NCBI GenBank assembly: GCA_046570105.1
Contig: JBKHVI010000054.1
Coordinates: forward strand, 1-17,276
Direction of reading: 5' to 3'
From: Bacteriovoracia bacterium
GTDB taxonomy: Bacteria; Bdellovibrionota; Bacteriovoracia; Bacteriovoracales; Bacteriovoracaceae
DNA length: 17,276 bases
The position numbers were made by a program, and so were the translations under genes. Positions 8,491-15,986 of this stretch are shown piece after piece (position 1 is the stretch's first letter; every line of letters begins with the position of its first letter). The notes below the pieces were generated by a model. The model searched no databases. It was not told the origin of the DNA and saw nothing but the letters and a program-made list of their open reading frames with translations.

Positions 8491-8614
8491 CATTAGTTTC
8501 TCGTTGCTGATTTCAATGATCTTTTTGGATTCATGGCGCATTCTACAATTGTGCCCAAATGCAAACTTCAGACAGATTGAACGGACAGAACCTCTTTTCC
8601 TGCGAATGCAATTC

Positions 8615-9840
8615 CTAACGGCCAACACATCTTACTGATTGTGATGCTGTTCTTGAATTTATATCAGTCCACCCCATGCTCGTCGAATAACGATAGGCGT
8701 AATTTGCATTACTATAAGATACTCCTGTTGCTACCCAATCAAAATTCTTCGCTGCCAATTGATTTTTAAATACATCATGTACTCCTGTATCAGGAAGAAC
8801 AAACCGGATACCGTTCATATCGGCCAATTTATAGTCATTGGCAGTGGGAAGCCTCCAAGCGACACTTGGGGTGCTTGTAAGACTCAACCCTGCCTTTGCA
8901 CGATTATCTATTTGAGCATGAATATTCGTTAAACCTGCACCTTCTGCACAAGCGCTAATGGCATCATCAGGAAGCTGGGCCTGATAAGTCACATCGTTAC
9001 AAAAATTAGATGGATCATCTGCCTGACGATTTCCAGATGCCATACACCAGTTAAGACCTGCCGAAGATACTAAAGAACTCCATAAAAGTTTTGTTCTCTC
9101 ATCTCGCCAGACTTCTCTACCTAGCTCACCTGCTTTATCGCCAACTCGCGAAACCAAGACCCAAGTGCCCTCACCTGAAATTCCTTTAGTTGAACCATTC
9201 CAAGTTGCGTTTGTACCAAAAACAGAATTACAATGGGTAATTTTTTTTGCAATTGTATCGTCCGCTGGTAGATCTCCACAAGTTGTTGCCCCCCATGTAG
9301 ATCTATCTACTGTTCTTGCTGCCAGCTTAATAGGATCAATATCATCTCGTGTTGCATTTATCGGATACCCATCATCATCTTTTGTTATATCCGGTACAGC
9401 ACGATAACCAGCGTAGCTATACGCCGTTCCCGCATCAGTGACTGCCTCTTGAGTAAGACTTATTTGAGTAGCACCATCGTCCCGGCTCATCATGGATGCC
9501 AAACTAATCCCACTCCCGCCACCGGCCCCACCGCCAGTATAGGTCCCCAAAATTCCTAAAATAGTTACACCATCTTTAATATTGGAAGCTATTAACGTTG
9601 GGCTTGAAACTGAACAGGTTGCAACTCCGCTATATATTCCTGCTGGAATGGGAGCTGAGATCGAATCCGTAAGTATAACGTCGTTTAAAGAAATCGCAGA
9701 TGAATTTTTGGAATTTGCAGTGAGTTCACTTACACAACTGGATAAAGAGATTAGTGCTATTAAGGCTATGAGTGTTGAGTGTTGAGTGTCCTGCCAATAC
9801 ACTTGGATGTCAATAATTTTATTTTGCTCAAATAAATCAT
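8615..9840 (-). CDS. Surface lipoprotein with C-terminal DUF1566/Lcl-like (C-type-lectin-like) domain; apparently frameshifted in the signal peptide
   Basis: Main ORF 9802-8615 has h-region and lipobox LIALISLSSC, ASNIKDGVTILGILGTY, VWRDERTKLLW, WRLPTANDY and terminal SVRCVGR. The SD-supported ATG at 9840 is out of frame. Confidence 0.7.
9769..9789. repeat. Heptanucleotide tandem repeat (TGAGTGT)x3
   Basis: Three exact units at 9769-9775, 9776-9782 and 9783-9789. Confidence 0.9.
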
Positions 9841-9886
9841 ATCACTGTCTCCACGCTAAAAATTAAATCTGCCATTGTTAAATGTC

Positions 9887-9914
9887 TTTTCGTCAAAAAT
9901 GAAACAAAACTTTA
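9887..9914 (-). promoter_or_regulatory. Possible sigma-28 (FliA)-like promoter for the lipoprotein gene
   Basis: The - strand reads TAAAGTTT-N12-GACGAAAA versus consensus TAAAGTTT-N11-GCCGATAA; imperfect match. Confidence 0.3.
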
Positions 9915-9968
9915 GACAGTGCTTGCCTCCGGAGAGATCGGCGTTATTTCGGTAGATTAGACTATCTG

Positions 9969-10233
9969 CTATGGGGTAGGATCACCAAAAGGATCTACTG
10001 CTCCTGCACTAAAATTAGTAGTCATATCCACTGCTCTCGTAATAATTCGGGAGGAAACTTGCTTACCAATATTACCAACGACGTTATTGCCACTTTCCAT
10101 GAGTACCACCGCCATTATTCCATTTTGTGGATTAAAGTTGTCATCTAAAAGTCCTTTCGAAACACCATCAAAATAAACTTTCAATTTCCCTGTGTTGGCA
10201 TTAAATTCAAAGCCGATCCGAGAAGGCAAACTA
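9969..10233 (-). pseudogene. 5'-truncated gene fragment (SPRY/ConA-like beta-sandwich C-terminus)
   Basis: The frame stays open up to the insert junction with no SD-supported start; RIGFEFNANTGKLKVYFDGVSKG resembles SPRY/ConA strands. Confidence 0.55.
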
Positions 10234-10529
10234 GGTACAAAAGCAAGCTTGGGTTTAAAGAAAATTTTGTCGTGCCGAATGCCTATGCATCACTTCGTCA
10301 TGAAGGCATGGGGATGCGCTTGGATCTGCATCCGACAGAGGCCAACTCGAAAGATGTGGGATTTGGGGCGCTGATTTATTTTCAGCCAACTCACTTCGAT
10401 CAAGCTGTGGAAGAGCTCAAGGGTCTAGGGGTGAAAGTGGGAACGCCTAAGCGTGAGGGGGATAGTCCGCGCTTTGTGACCTTTTGGGATTCTGAAGGAA
10501 ATGCGCTTGGGATCGAAGAAGGGCGCTAA
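10234..10529 (+). pseudogene. VOC/glyoxalase gene, 3' fragment
   Basis: From 10236: YKSKLGFKENFVVPNAYASL...AVEELKGLGVKV...FWDSEGNALGIEE, with VOC motifs Y-x3-LGF and F-x-D-x-x-GN. Confidence 0.85.
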
Positions 10530-10590
10530 TAGCTAAGTAAATTTTACTTTTTAAGGCCATCTGAGAGCAAAAACGCAGCATAATCATGTC

Positions 10591-11175
10591 ATGCTCAAGA
10601 TACTTTTTTTGCTTATTACTATGCTGTCGTTTGCAGCGAATGGCGCCACTTCAGAGGGGTGCCTGCCGGTCATGACAATTGATCAGTTTAAAGCGATGGT
10701 TCAGAGCTCAAGAGATCTGTATTTCCCCGAATTAAGTAACCTTAAAATTGAAATATCGACTTTCCGCTCGGATGAATATTTTCTACAGGCCCAGCCCAAA
10801 ATTAGAACACTCTTACGCGGTGGCAGTAAACGTCGCTACGTGATTGATCTTAACTTGAAATTGCTTGATTGCCCGCCACCGGAAGAGGCACTCACGGCCA
10901 TACTAGTGCATGAGCTGGAGCATATTAAGGACTACACGGGGTGGTCATCGTTTAAGATTGCTCGCTTCGGTGTGCACTATTCCAATTCGATGAAACTCAA
11001 AACTCGCTATGAGCGCGAGACCGATCACAAAGTGCTTGAGAAGGGTTTGCATAGTGGACTTGCTGGCTATCGCGAATGGCTCTATCAATGGCTCAGCCCA
11101 AAAGAATTGGCCCGTAAGAAAAAAATCTATCTCACTCCGGAAGAAATCCTGGGCCCTACTTATAATCAGCTTTAG
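10591..11175 (+). CDS. Secreted zincin-like (HEXXH) protein
   Basis: Signal peptide, AILVHELEHIKDY, downstream YERETD (candidate third ligand Glu). Confidence 0.7.
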   Translation: MLKILFLLITMLSFAANGATSEGCLPVMTIDQFKAMVQSSRDLYFPELSNLKIEISTFRSDEYFLQAQPKIRTLLRGGSKRRYVIDLNLKLLDCPPPEEALTAILVHELEHIKDYTGWSSFKIARFGVHYSNSMKLKTRYERETDHKVLEKGLHSGLAGYREWLYQWLSPKELARKKKIYLTPEEILGPTYNQL

Positions 11176-11614
11176 ATTTTGCGCAATTAAACGCCACCAC
11201 TCCGCCGGTACGGAGAGCGTAAAACATGGTGCGTGCCCATTTTTGGCAGCTCTTCTGATTTTGTGCCTTCGCACAACTGGCGAGCGCATCTTTTAAGAAT
11301 TTTTGATCACATTCTTTTTGCGAGAGACCTGTGGTCAAGGGTTCGTGGTGATAGCAGAGGTCATGTTGAATACAGGCCGGATAAAAAAATGCTGCGTGGC
11401 CACCTGAAGGCCCAGTACATCCATCAAAGAAGATCGGTTCATCCTTAGCGGTTTTCGCTAAACAGAAATTCCAGTTCAATTTGAGTTTGGTGCGGGGACA
11501 GGTGAAAGTGTCCACCACACGGCCTTTGTGCTCGTTGCAGTGACGTTGCAGGAGATCCTCGGCACTAGCTATGCCACTGAGCGAGATAAATGCGATAAGG
11601 GAGAATAGCCTCAT
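11156..11614 (-). CDS. Secreted phospholipase A2-like protein (prokaryotic type)
   Basis: Signal peptide, DGCTG, FYPACIQHDLCY (catalytic HD dyad), KECDQKF, many cysteines. Confidence 0.75.
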   Translation of the reverse strand: MRLFSLIAFISLSGIASAEDLLQRHCNEHKGRVVDTFTCPRTKLKLNWNFCLAKTAKDEPIFFDGCTGPSGGHAAFFYPACIQHDLCYHHEPLTTGLSQKECDQKFLKDALASCAKAQNQKSCQKWARTMFYALRTGGVVAFNCAKSKADYK

Positions 11615-11750
11615 GCGCTTAGTATAAATGATCTGTCTTGCTTTGCTAACGATGGATTAAGTCCGAGCGTGCTTATCGGAATAGGTTTTCTTTCATTTTT
11701 CTTATCTGCTGGCTGGTGAATCTCAAACCAGAATGGGATAAATAAGGAAT

Positions 11751-12965
11751 ATGACTCAAACAAAATTTCGCGTGCTCTTAGTTGAAAATATTCACCCTAT
11801 CGCCAAGGCCGAACTCGAGCAGGCAGGTTATGAAGTGGATCTCCTCACTTATGCGCCGGATGAAAATGAACTGATAAGTCTTATTCCAAAATATTCCGCT
11901 ATAGGTATTCGTTCTAAGACTGAGATCACTGACAAAGTTCTTAAGACGGTCGGTAAAGATTTAGTCACGATCGGTTGTTTTTGTATCGGCACGAATCAAG
12001 TCGATCTCGCCAGTGCCAAGAATCACGGAGTGGCAGTTTTTAATGCCCCTCACTCCAACACACGGTCGGTCGCTGAACTTGTCATCGCTGAAATGATCGC
12101 ACTCTCACGTCAGCTTGGTGATCGCAACATGAAGGCGCACTTAGGCGAGTGGATGAAATCGGCGGATGGTTCTCGTGAAGTGCGCGGTAAGACACTAGGA
12201 ATTGTTGGTTACGGACATATCGGCGCGCAGGTGAGTATTCTGGCAGAAGCTTTAGGACTCAAAGTTGTTTTTTATGACGTCACAAAAAAACTCCCACTCG
12301 GTAATGCTTATTCGGCTGCGAGTTTAAATGAACTTTTAGAAAAATCGGATTTTGTCACTCTGCATGTGCCGGAAGTCGCCGAGACCATGAATCTGATTGG
12401 CAAAAAAGAATTATCACGCATGAAGAAGGGTAGCTTCTTGATTAATGCTAGCCGTGGCACTGTGGTGGTTATTGATGCATTGGTCGCCGCTTTGAAAGAA
12501 GGCCATATCGCCGGTTGTGCGGTGGACGTATTTCCAACAGAGCCCTCATCAAACAAAGATAAGTTTGTATCACCACTGCAAAATCTTCCCAACGTGATTC
12601 TGACTCCGCATATCGGTGGCAGCACTGAAGAGGCACAGAAAAATATTGGCCTCGAGGTCTCGGAGAGTTTACGTCGTTGCTTATCTATCGGTTCATCACA
12701 GGGAGCTGTTAATTTCCCGAACGTAGATTTGCCGCTTAAGACGGGGACGAATCGTATTTTGAATGTTCACCGTAACGAGCCTGGTGTCTTGGGTGAGATT
12801 AACGGACTTATTTCTAAGGCCGGCGCCAACATCGAGGCGCAGTTTCTTTCGACCGACGATAAGATTGGTTATCTGGTGATGGATGTGGATTCGCAGTACG
12901 CGCAATCTTTAGCGCAAGATATTTCAAAGCTTGCTCGCTCGATTAAAACGCGAGTCGTTCACTAA
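11751..12965 (+). CDS. serA: D-3-phosphoglycerate dehydrogenase with C-terminal ACT domain
   Basis: GIRSKT, CFCIGTNQVDL, NTRSVAELV, GIVGYGHIG, INASRG, TPHIGGSTEEAQ, HRNEPGVL. Confidence 0.97.
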   Translation: MTQTKFRVLLVENIHPIAKAELEQAGYEVDLLTYAPDENELISLIPKYSAIGIRSKTEITDKVLKTVGKDLVTIGCFCIGTNQVDLASAKNHGVAVFNAPHSNTRSVAELVIAEMIALSRQLGDRNMKAHLGEWMKSADGSREVRGKTLGIVGYGHIGAQVSILAEALGLKVVFYDVTKKLPLGNAYSAASLNELLEKSDFVTLHVPEVAETMNLIGKKELSRMKKGSFLINASRGTVVVIDALVAALKEGHIAGCAVDVFPTEPSSNKDKFVSPLQNLPNVILTPHIGGSTEEAQKNIGLEVSESLRRCLSIGSSQGAVNFPNVDLPLKTGTNRILNVHRNEPGVLGEINGLISKAGANIEAQFLSTDDKIGYLVMDVDSQYAQSLAQDISKLARSIKTRVVH

Positions 12966-12993
12966 AAAAAATGGGTCACCGAAGTGACCCATT
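12964..12993 (-). terminator. Rho-independent terminator (possibly bidirectional)
   Basis: 10-bp stem AATGGGTCAC/GTGACCCATT; on the - strand the loop is cUUCGg followed by a U-run (A-run 12964-12971). Confidence 0.85.
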
Positions 12994-12999
12994 AGAGAA

Positions 13000-13113
13000 C
13001 TACTTAACTTTGTTTTTCGCTTTCTCTTTTTTCTTATCTTGCTTTTGCTTAGTGGTTAGCTTGGGTTTCCCTTTCGCTTTACCTTTGTCTTGTCCACCTT
13101 CTCCACGGGCCAT
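13000..13113 (-). CDS. Small lysine-rich protein (37 aa), absent from the ORF track
   Basis: SD GAGGAG, MARGEGGQDKGKAKGKPKLTTKQKQDKKKEKAKNKVK*, followed directly by the terminator. Confidence 0.75.
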   Translation of the reverse strand: MARGEGGQDKGKAKGKPKLTTKQKQDKKKEKAKNKVK

Positions 13114-13171
13114 CTTGCTCTCCTCGCTAGTGTTTACCGAAGTCTCACTTTAACAGAACGGTATAAAAGAG

Positions 13172-13573
13172 CTAGCTGCTTCTTTTAGCGCGTGGCCAGC
13201 CACCAGTTGACCACAGTGCCCAGAGCACTAAGAAGGGCTGGAAAAAAAGCCTTATCAGGCGAGCAGTATCGGTATTGAGTCCGAAAGCATCAATCTCATA
13301 GATGTACTGGTTAATGTTGCCCGGGAAAATGGCGACGAAAAAAAGCGCCGTGATTTTACCGACTAAAACAGCGTGCTTAGAGAGCGCTATGAGAGAGAGA
13401 CCCAATAGAATTTCCACTATGCCAGATGACACCACCACAAAGTCAGGGTCCATGGGAAGCCAGCGTGGAACTTGCGCCAGAAATTCACTTCGTGACCAAG
13501 TCAAATGACTTATCCCGGCAGTGAGTAGGAAAAGCCCTAAAATGATACGAAAACCCGGTCGAACGTAGTGCAC
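13172..13573 (-). CDS. DoxX-family membrane protein
   Basis: AGISHL, SGIVEILLG, AIFPGNI and RLFFQP motifs, about 4 TM segments. Confidence 0.85.
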   Translation of the reverse strand: MHYVRPGFRIILGLFLLTAGISHLTWSRSEFLAQVPRWLPMDPDFVVVSSGIVEILLGLSLIALSKHAVLVGKITALFFVAIFPGNINQYIYEIDAFGLNTDTARLIRLFFQPFLVLWALWSTGGWPRAKRSS

Positions 13574-13675
13574 AAGAGCCTTTTGCTAAGTTTATTCCTC
13601 TTAGTAGAACCTGAACGCCTTTACTCGTAAAGATTGGATGTTTAAAATCAAACAAACTCAAAATAGGCAGACTCA

Positions 13676-14248
13676 ATGGAAGACATCAATTACGGCCCTT
13701 TACGTTTTTATATCGGCACTTGGGAGAGTAAAGGACTGACTGGTGAAAATCAGGCACCTGATACTGATCGCAAAACGGAAAATACGAAATTCCGTCAAAC
13801 CATGATTTTTGAGCCCATAGGCGATGTGAACAATCATGAACAGGTGTTGTATGCCCTTCGTTATCACACCAAGGCCTGGGAAGAAGGGAAGCATGGCCCC
13901 GACGATGCTCATTTCCATGAAGAAGTTGGATATTTTATTTGGGACAAAGCACGCCGTCAGGTGATGAAGAGTTTTATCGTTCCACGTGGTATTGCCGTCA
14001 ATGCGGGTGGTGATGCCGATCAAGATGCCACAGAGTTCACCGTTACTGCGACACTGGCTTCTCCAACATATGGACTATGTTCTAATAAATTCCTGGATGA
14101 AGAGTTTCAAACGGTTCGCTATGATGTGAAGTTTGAATTGATCGACGAAGACACTTTCTCTTACGACGAAAACACCCAAATTAAAATCAAAGGGCAGACA
14201 CGCATCTTTGATCATACCGAGAAGAACACGCTTTCACGCGTGAAATAG
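13676..14248 (+). CDS. Nitrobindin/THAP4-like (DUF1794) heme-binding beta-barrel protein
   Basis: GPLRFYIGTW, FHEEVGYFIWD, PRGIAV, FDHTEKNTL (candidate heme His). Confidence 0.85.
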   Translation: MEDINYGPLRFYIGTWESKGLTGENQAPDTDRKTENTKFRQTMIFEPIGDVNNHEQVLYALRYHTKAWEEGKHGPDDAHFHEEVGYFIWDKARRQVMKSFIVPRGIAVNAGGDADQDATEFTVTATLASPTYGLCSNKFLDEEFQTVRYDVKFELIDEDTFSYDENTQIKIKGQTRIFDHTEKNTLSRVK

Positions 14249-14251
14249 CTT

Positions 14252-15295
14252 TTGAATTTCTACCAATATACTCTGGAAGATCTAAAGTCGCTCTTTGCGA
14301 CTCATGGTCTTCCTGAGTCTGGGGCCAATCGCTTATTTAATTGGCATTATAAAAAGCGTCACTCAGAACCATGCACTGATGATCTTGCAAAAGTGACGCA
14401 AGACTTTATTAAAAAAAATCTCAGCTTCGCCTTACCCGAGATTGATGCAGTACAAGTTTCAGAAAATGATCGCACCGTAAAATTTCTCTTCCGCCTCGCC
14501 GATGGCAAGAAAGTTGAAACAGTTTTGATTCCATCGAATAAAAAATATGGCATTTGTCTCTCATCTCAGGTGGGCTGCGCGATGAAGTGCAGTTTTTGTC
14601 ACACTGGACTGCAGGGTCTTGAGCGCCATTTAGAGACTCATGAAATTGTTGGTCAGTTATTAGCGGCACAAAATTGGCTTAACATTCATCGTCCGACAGA
14701 TAATCAAATTGCGACCATAGTTTTTATGGGCCAGGGAGAACCGCTTCATAACTTCGATTCGGTGAGACGTGCCGTTGAGATTTTTCTTTCGCAACATGGC
14801 CTCTGCTTGGGTCATGATAAAATCACCATCTCCACAGCAGGATATTTGCCAGGTCTCATTCGTTGGAAAGATGAGATGCCCGATGTGAATATTGCGCTTT
14901 CTCTTCATGCCACAGATTCTCAGAAACGCAGTGAACTCATTCCCATTAATAATAAGTATCCACTCGAACAAGTCATAGCGGCGGTCAAAAGTATTCCAAA
15001 AAATACTAAGCGCTATATTATTTTTGAATATCTTCTGGCGCGTGGGTTTAATGACTCAGCGGAAGATGTGCAGGGACTCGCAGATGCTTTAAAAGATCTT
15101 CATGCTTTTGTGAATATCATTCCCTTTAATCCTTTTCCGGGAGCTAAGTACGAGCGACCAACTGAAGTGGAGGTGCATTCATTTAAAAAGCAGCTCGATG
15201 CACTGGGTGTCCCCAATCTGGTTCGCTTCACTAAAGGCCACGACATCCTCGCTGCCTGTGGCCAACTCAACTCAAAAGGTGTCATGCACTTTTAG
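14252..15295 (+). CDS. rlmN: RlmN-family radical SAM RNA methyltransferase
   Basis: VETVLIP, CLSSQVGCAMKCSFCHTG (CxxxCxxC), FMGQGEPLHN, LSLHA, NIIPFNP, DILAACGQL. Confidence 0.9.
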   Translation: MNFYQYTLEDLKSLFATHGLPESGANRLFNWHYKKRHSEPCTDDLAKVTQDFIKKNLSFALPEIDAVQVSENDRTVKFLFRLADGKKVETVLIPSNKKYGICLSSQVGCAMKCSFCHTGLQGLERHLETHEIVGQLLAAQNWLNIHRPTDNQIATIVFMGQGEPLHNFDSVRRAVEIFLSQHGLCLGHDKITISTAGYLPGLIRWKDEMPDVNIALSLHATDSQKRSELIPINNKYPLEQVIAAVKSIPKNTKRYIIFEYLLARGFNDSAEDVQGLADALKDLHAFVNIIPFNPFPGAKYERPTEVEVHSFKKQLDALGVPNLVRFTKGHDILAACGQLNSKGVMHF

Positions 15296-15296
15296 G
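15272..15296 (+). repeat. Boundary palindrome copy 7
   Basis: TCAAAAGGTGTCATGCACTTTTAGG; encodes the RlmN tail SKGVMHF and TAG (15293-15295) and the antitoxin TAA on the - strand (15292-15294). Confidence 0.9.
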
Positions 15297-15597
15297 CGAC
15301 CTCTACCGAGATTTGATAATTAACACCACTTTTGCTGATAAAGTCTTGCAAAGCAAGTTGAACCCAGTGTTGAGGAGTGGCTCCCATCGCTTTTGCAATT
15401 TTCTCTGCTCGCTTTAAGCTTGGAATTCTTCGACCTGATTCTAGGTCTGCCAGGGTAGAAGCAGTAATTCCTAATTTTTTAGCTAATTCTTTTTGTGGCA
15501 TCTCTTCACATTCTCGCCAGGCTTTTAGGACACGCGCAAAAGTCAGTGGGCCAATTTCCTTTTCAAGCTCTGTCGTTGTGTGGATTCTAGTAATCAT
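15292..15597 (-). CDS. higA: HTH XRE-family antitoxin (HigA-like)
   Basis: LKAWRECEEMPQKELAKKLGITASTLADLESGRR HTH, WVQLALQ; start ATG 15597 (SD GGGAG) overlaps the toxin 3' end. Confidence 0.8.
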   Translation of the reverse strand: MITRIHTTTELEKEIGPLTFARVLKAWRECEEMPQKELAKKLGITASTLADLESGRRIPSLKRAEKIAKAMGATPQHWVQLALQDFISKSGVNYQISVEVA

Positions 15598-15862
15598 GGT
15601 GGTTAATCTCCCGGACTTCGATAAGGGTGATTTCGCCATTTTCTTTTTCTTCATAAATTAATCTCCAACTCCTATTTAATCGAATAGAGCGTTGCCCGCG
15701 ACGTGCACCTCTTAATGGTTCATCGTGAAGTCCAGAAGATCTCCGTACTAAAGGCATGCCAAATTCTTCTACTGATTTAGCCCAATCAAGTACTTTGATT
15801 TTTATATAATCAGGAAGCTTCCTTAGCTGCTTTTCAACTTTAGTGAAACTTACTCGCCACAT
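15587..15862 (-). CDS. higB: RelE/HigB-family mRNA interferase toxin
   Basis: HDEPLRG-x-R-x-GQRSIRLNRSWRLIY and C-terminal HDY; toxin-first order; SD AGGAGG. Confidence 0.85.
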   Translation of the reverse strand: MWRVSFTKVEKQLRKLPDYIKIKVLDWAKSVEEFGMPLVRRSSGLHDEPLRGARRGQRSIRLNRSWRLIYEEKENGEITLIEVREINHHDY

Positions 15863-15873
15863 GGCGCCTCCTT

Positions 15874-15902
15874 ATAATACGTCAACTTGACGAATTAATC
15901 AA
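15874..15902 (-). promoter_or_regulatory. Sigma70 promoter of the TA operon with an operator in the spacer
   Basis: TTGATT (15902-15897) - 17 nt - TATTAT (15879-15874); the spacer contains the palindrome CGTCAA-C-TTGACG (15880-15892). Confidence 0.7.
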
Positions 15903-15986
15903 TGACGTCCTATTTATGCATAGGCAATGCCAAATGGTTGATGGATGCGCGTAGTCTGAATCAGTGGATTGGGGTATAATTTCTTT

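Larger units (their letters stand above)
8491..10233. other. 1743-bp insert within the VOC gene, flanked by a GGT direct repeat
   Basis: Left junction GAGT-GGT|CATTAG, right junction AAACTA|GGT-ACAAAAG; removal restores ...AVEW-YKSKLGF... in frame. Confidence 0.8.

Noticed and set aside
8431..8628. 65-aa - strand ORF
   Set aside because: It crosses the insert junction into the VOC antisense strand, so it is chimeric; at most a truncated gene start.
8615..8740. Diversity-generating retroelement
   Set aside because: The C-terminus looks like a possible target, but no template repeat or reverse transcriptase is present in this window.
8491..10233. IS element, intron or prophage as the identity of the insert
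   Set aside because: No transposase, RT/maturase, homing endonuclease or phage genes, and no convincing terminal inverted repeats.
10272..10529. Stand-alone 85-aa gene starting at GTG 10272
   Set aside because: It lacks the VOC N-terminal strand and helix, which are found at 8427-8489.
12971..13153. 60-aa hydrophobic + strand ORF
   Set aside because: Antisense shadow of the Lys-rich microprotein; it starts inside the terminator hairpin.
1866..15296. Canonical integron attC or XerC/D dif sites
   Set aside because: No RYYYAAC/GTTRRRY ends, too short for attC, no XerD-arm (TTATGTTAAAT-like) match and no integrase in the window.
15598..15654. Longer antitoxin start (MKKKKMAK...)
   Set aside because: It overlaps deep into the toxin gene; ATG 15597 has an SD and the usual coupling.
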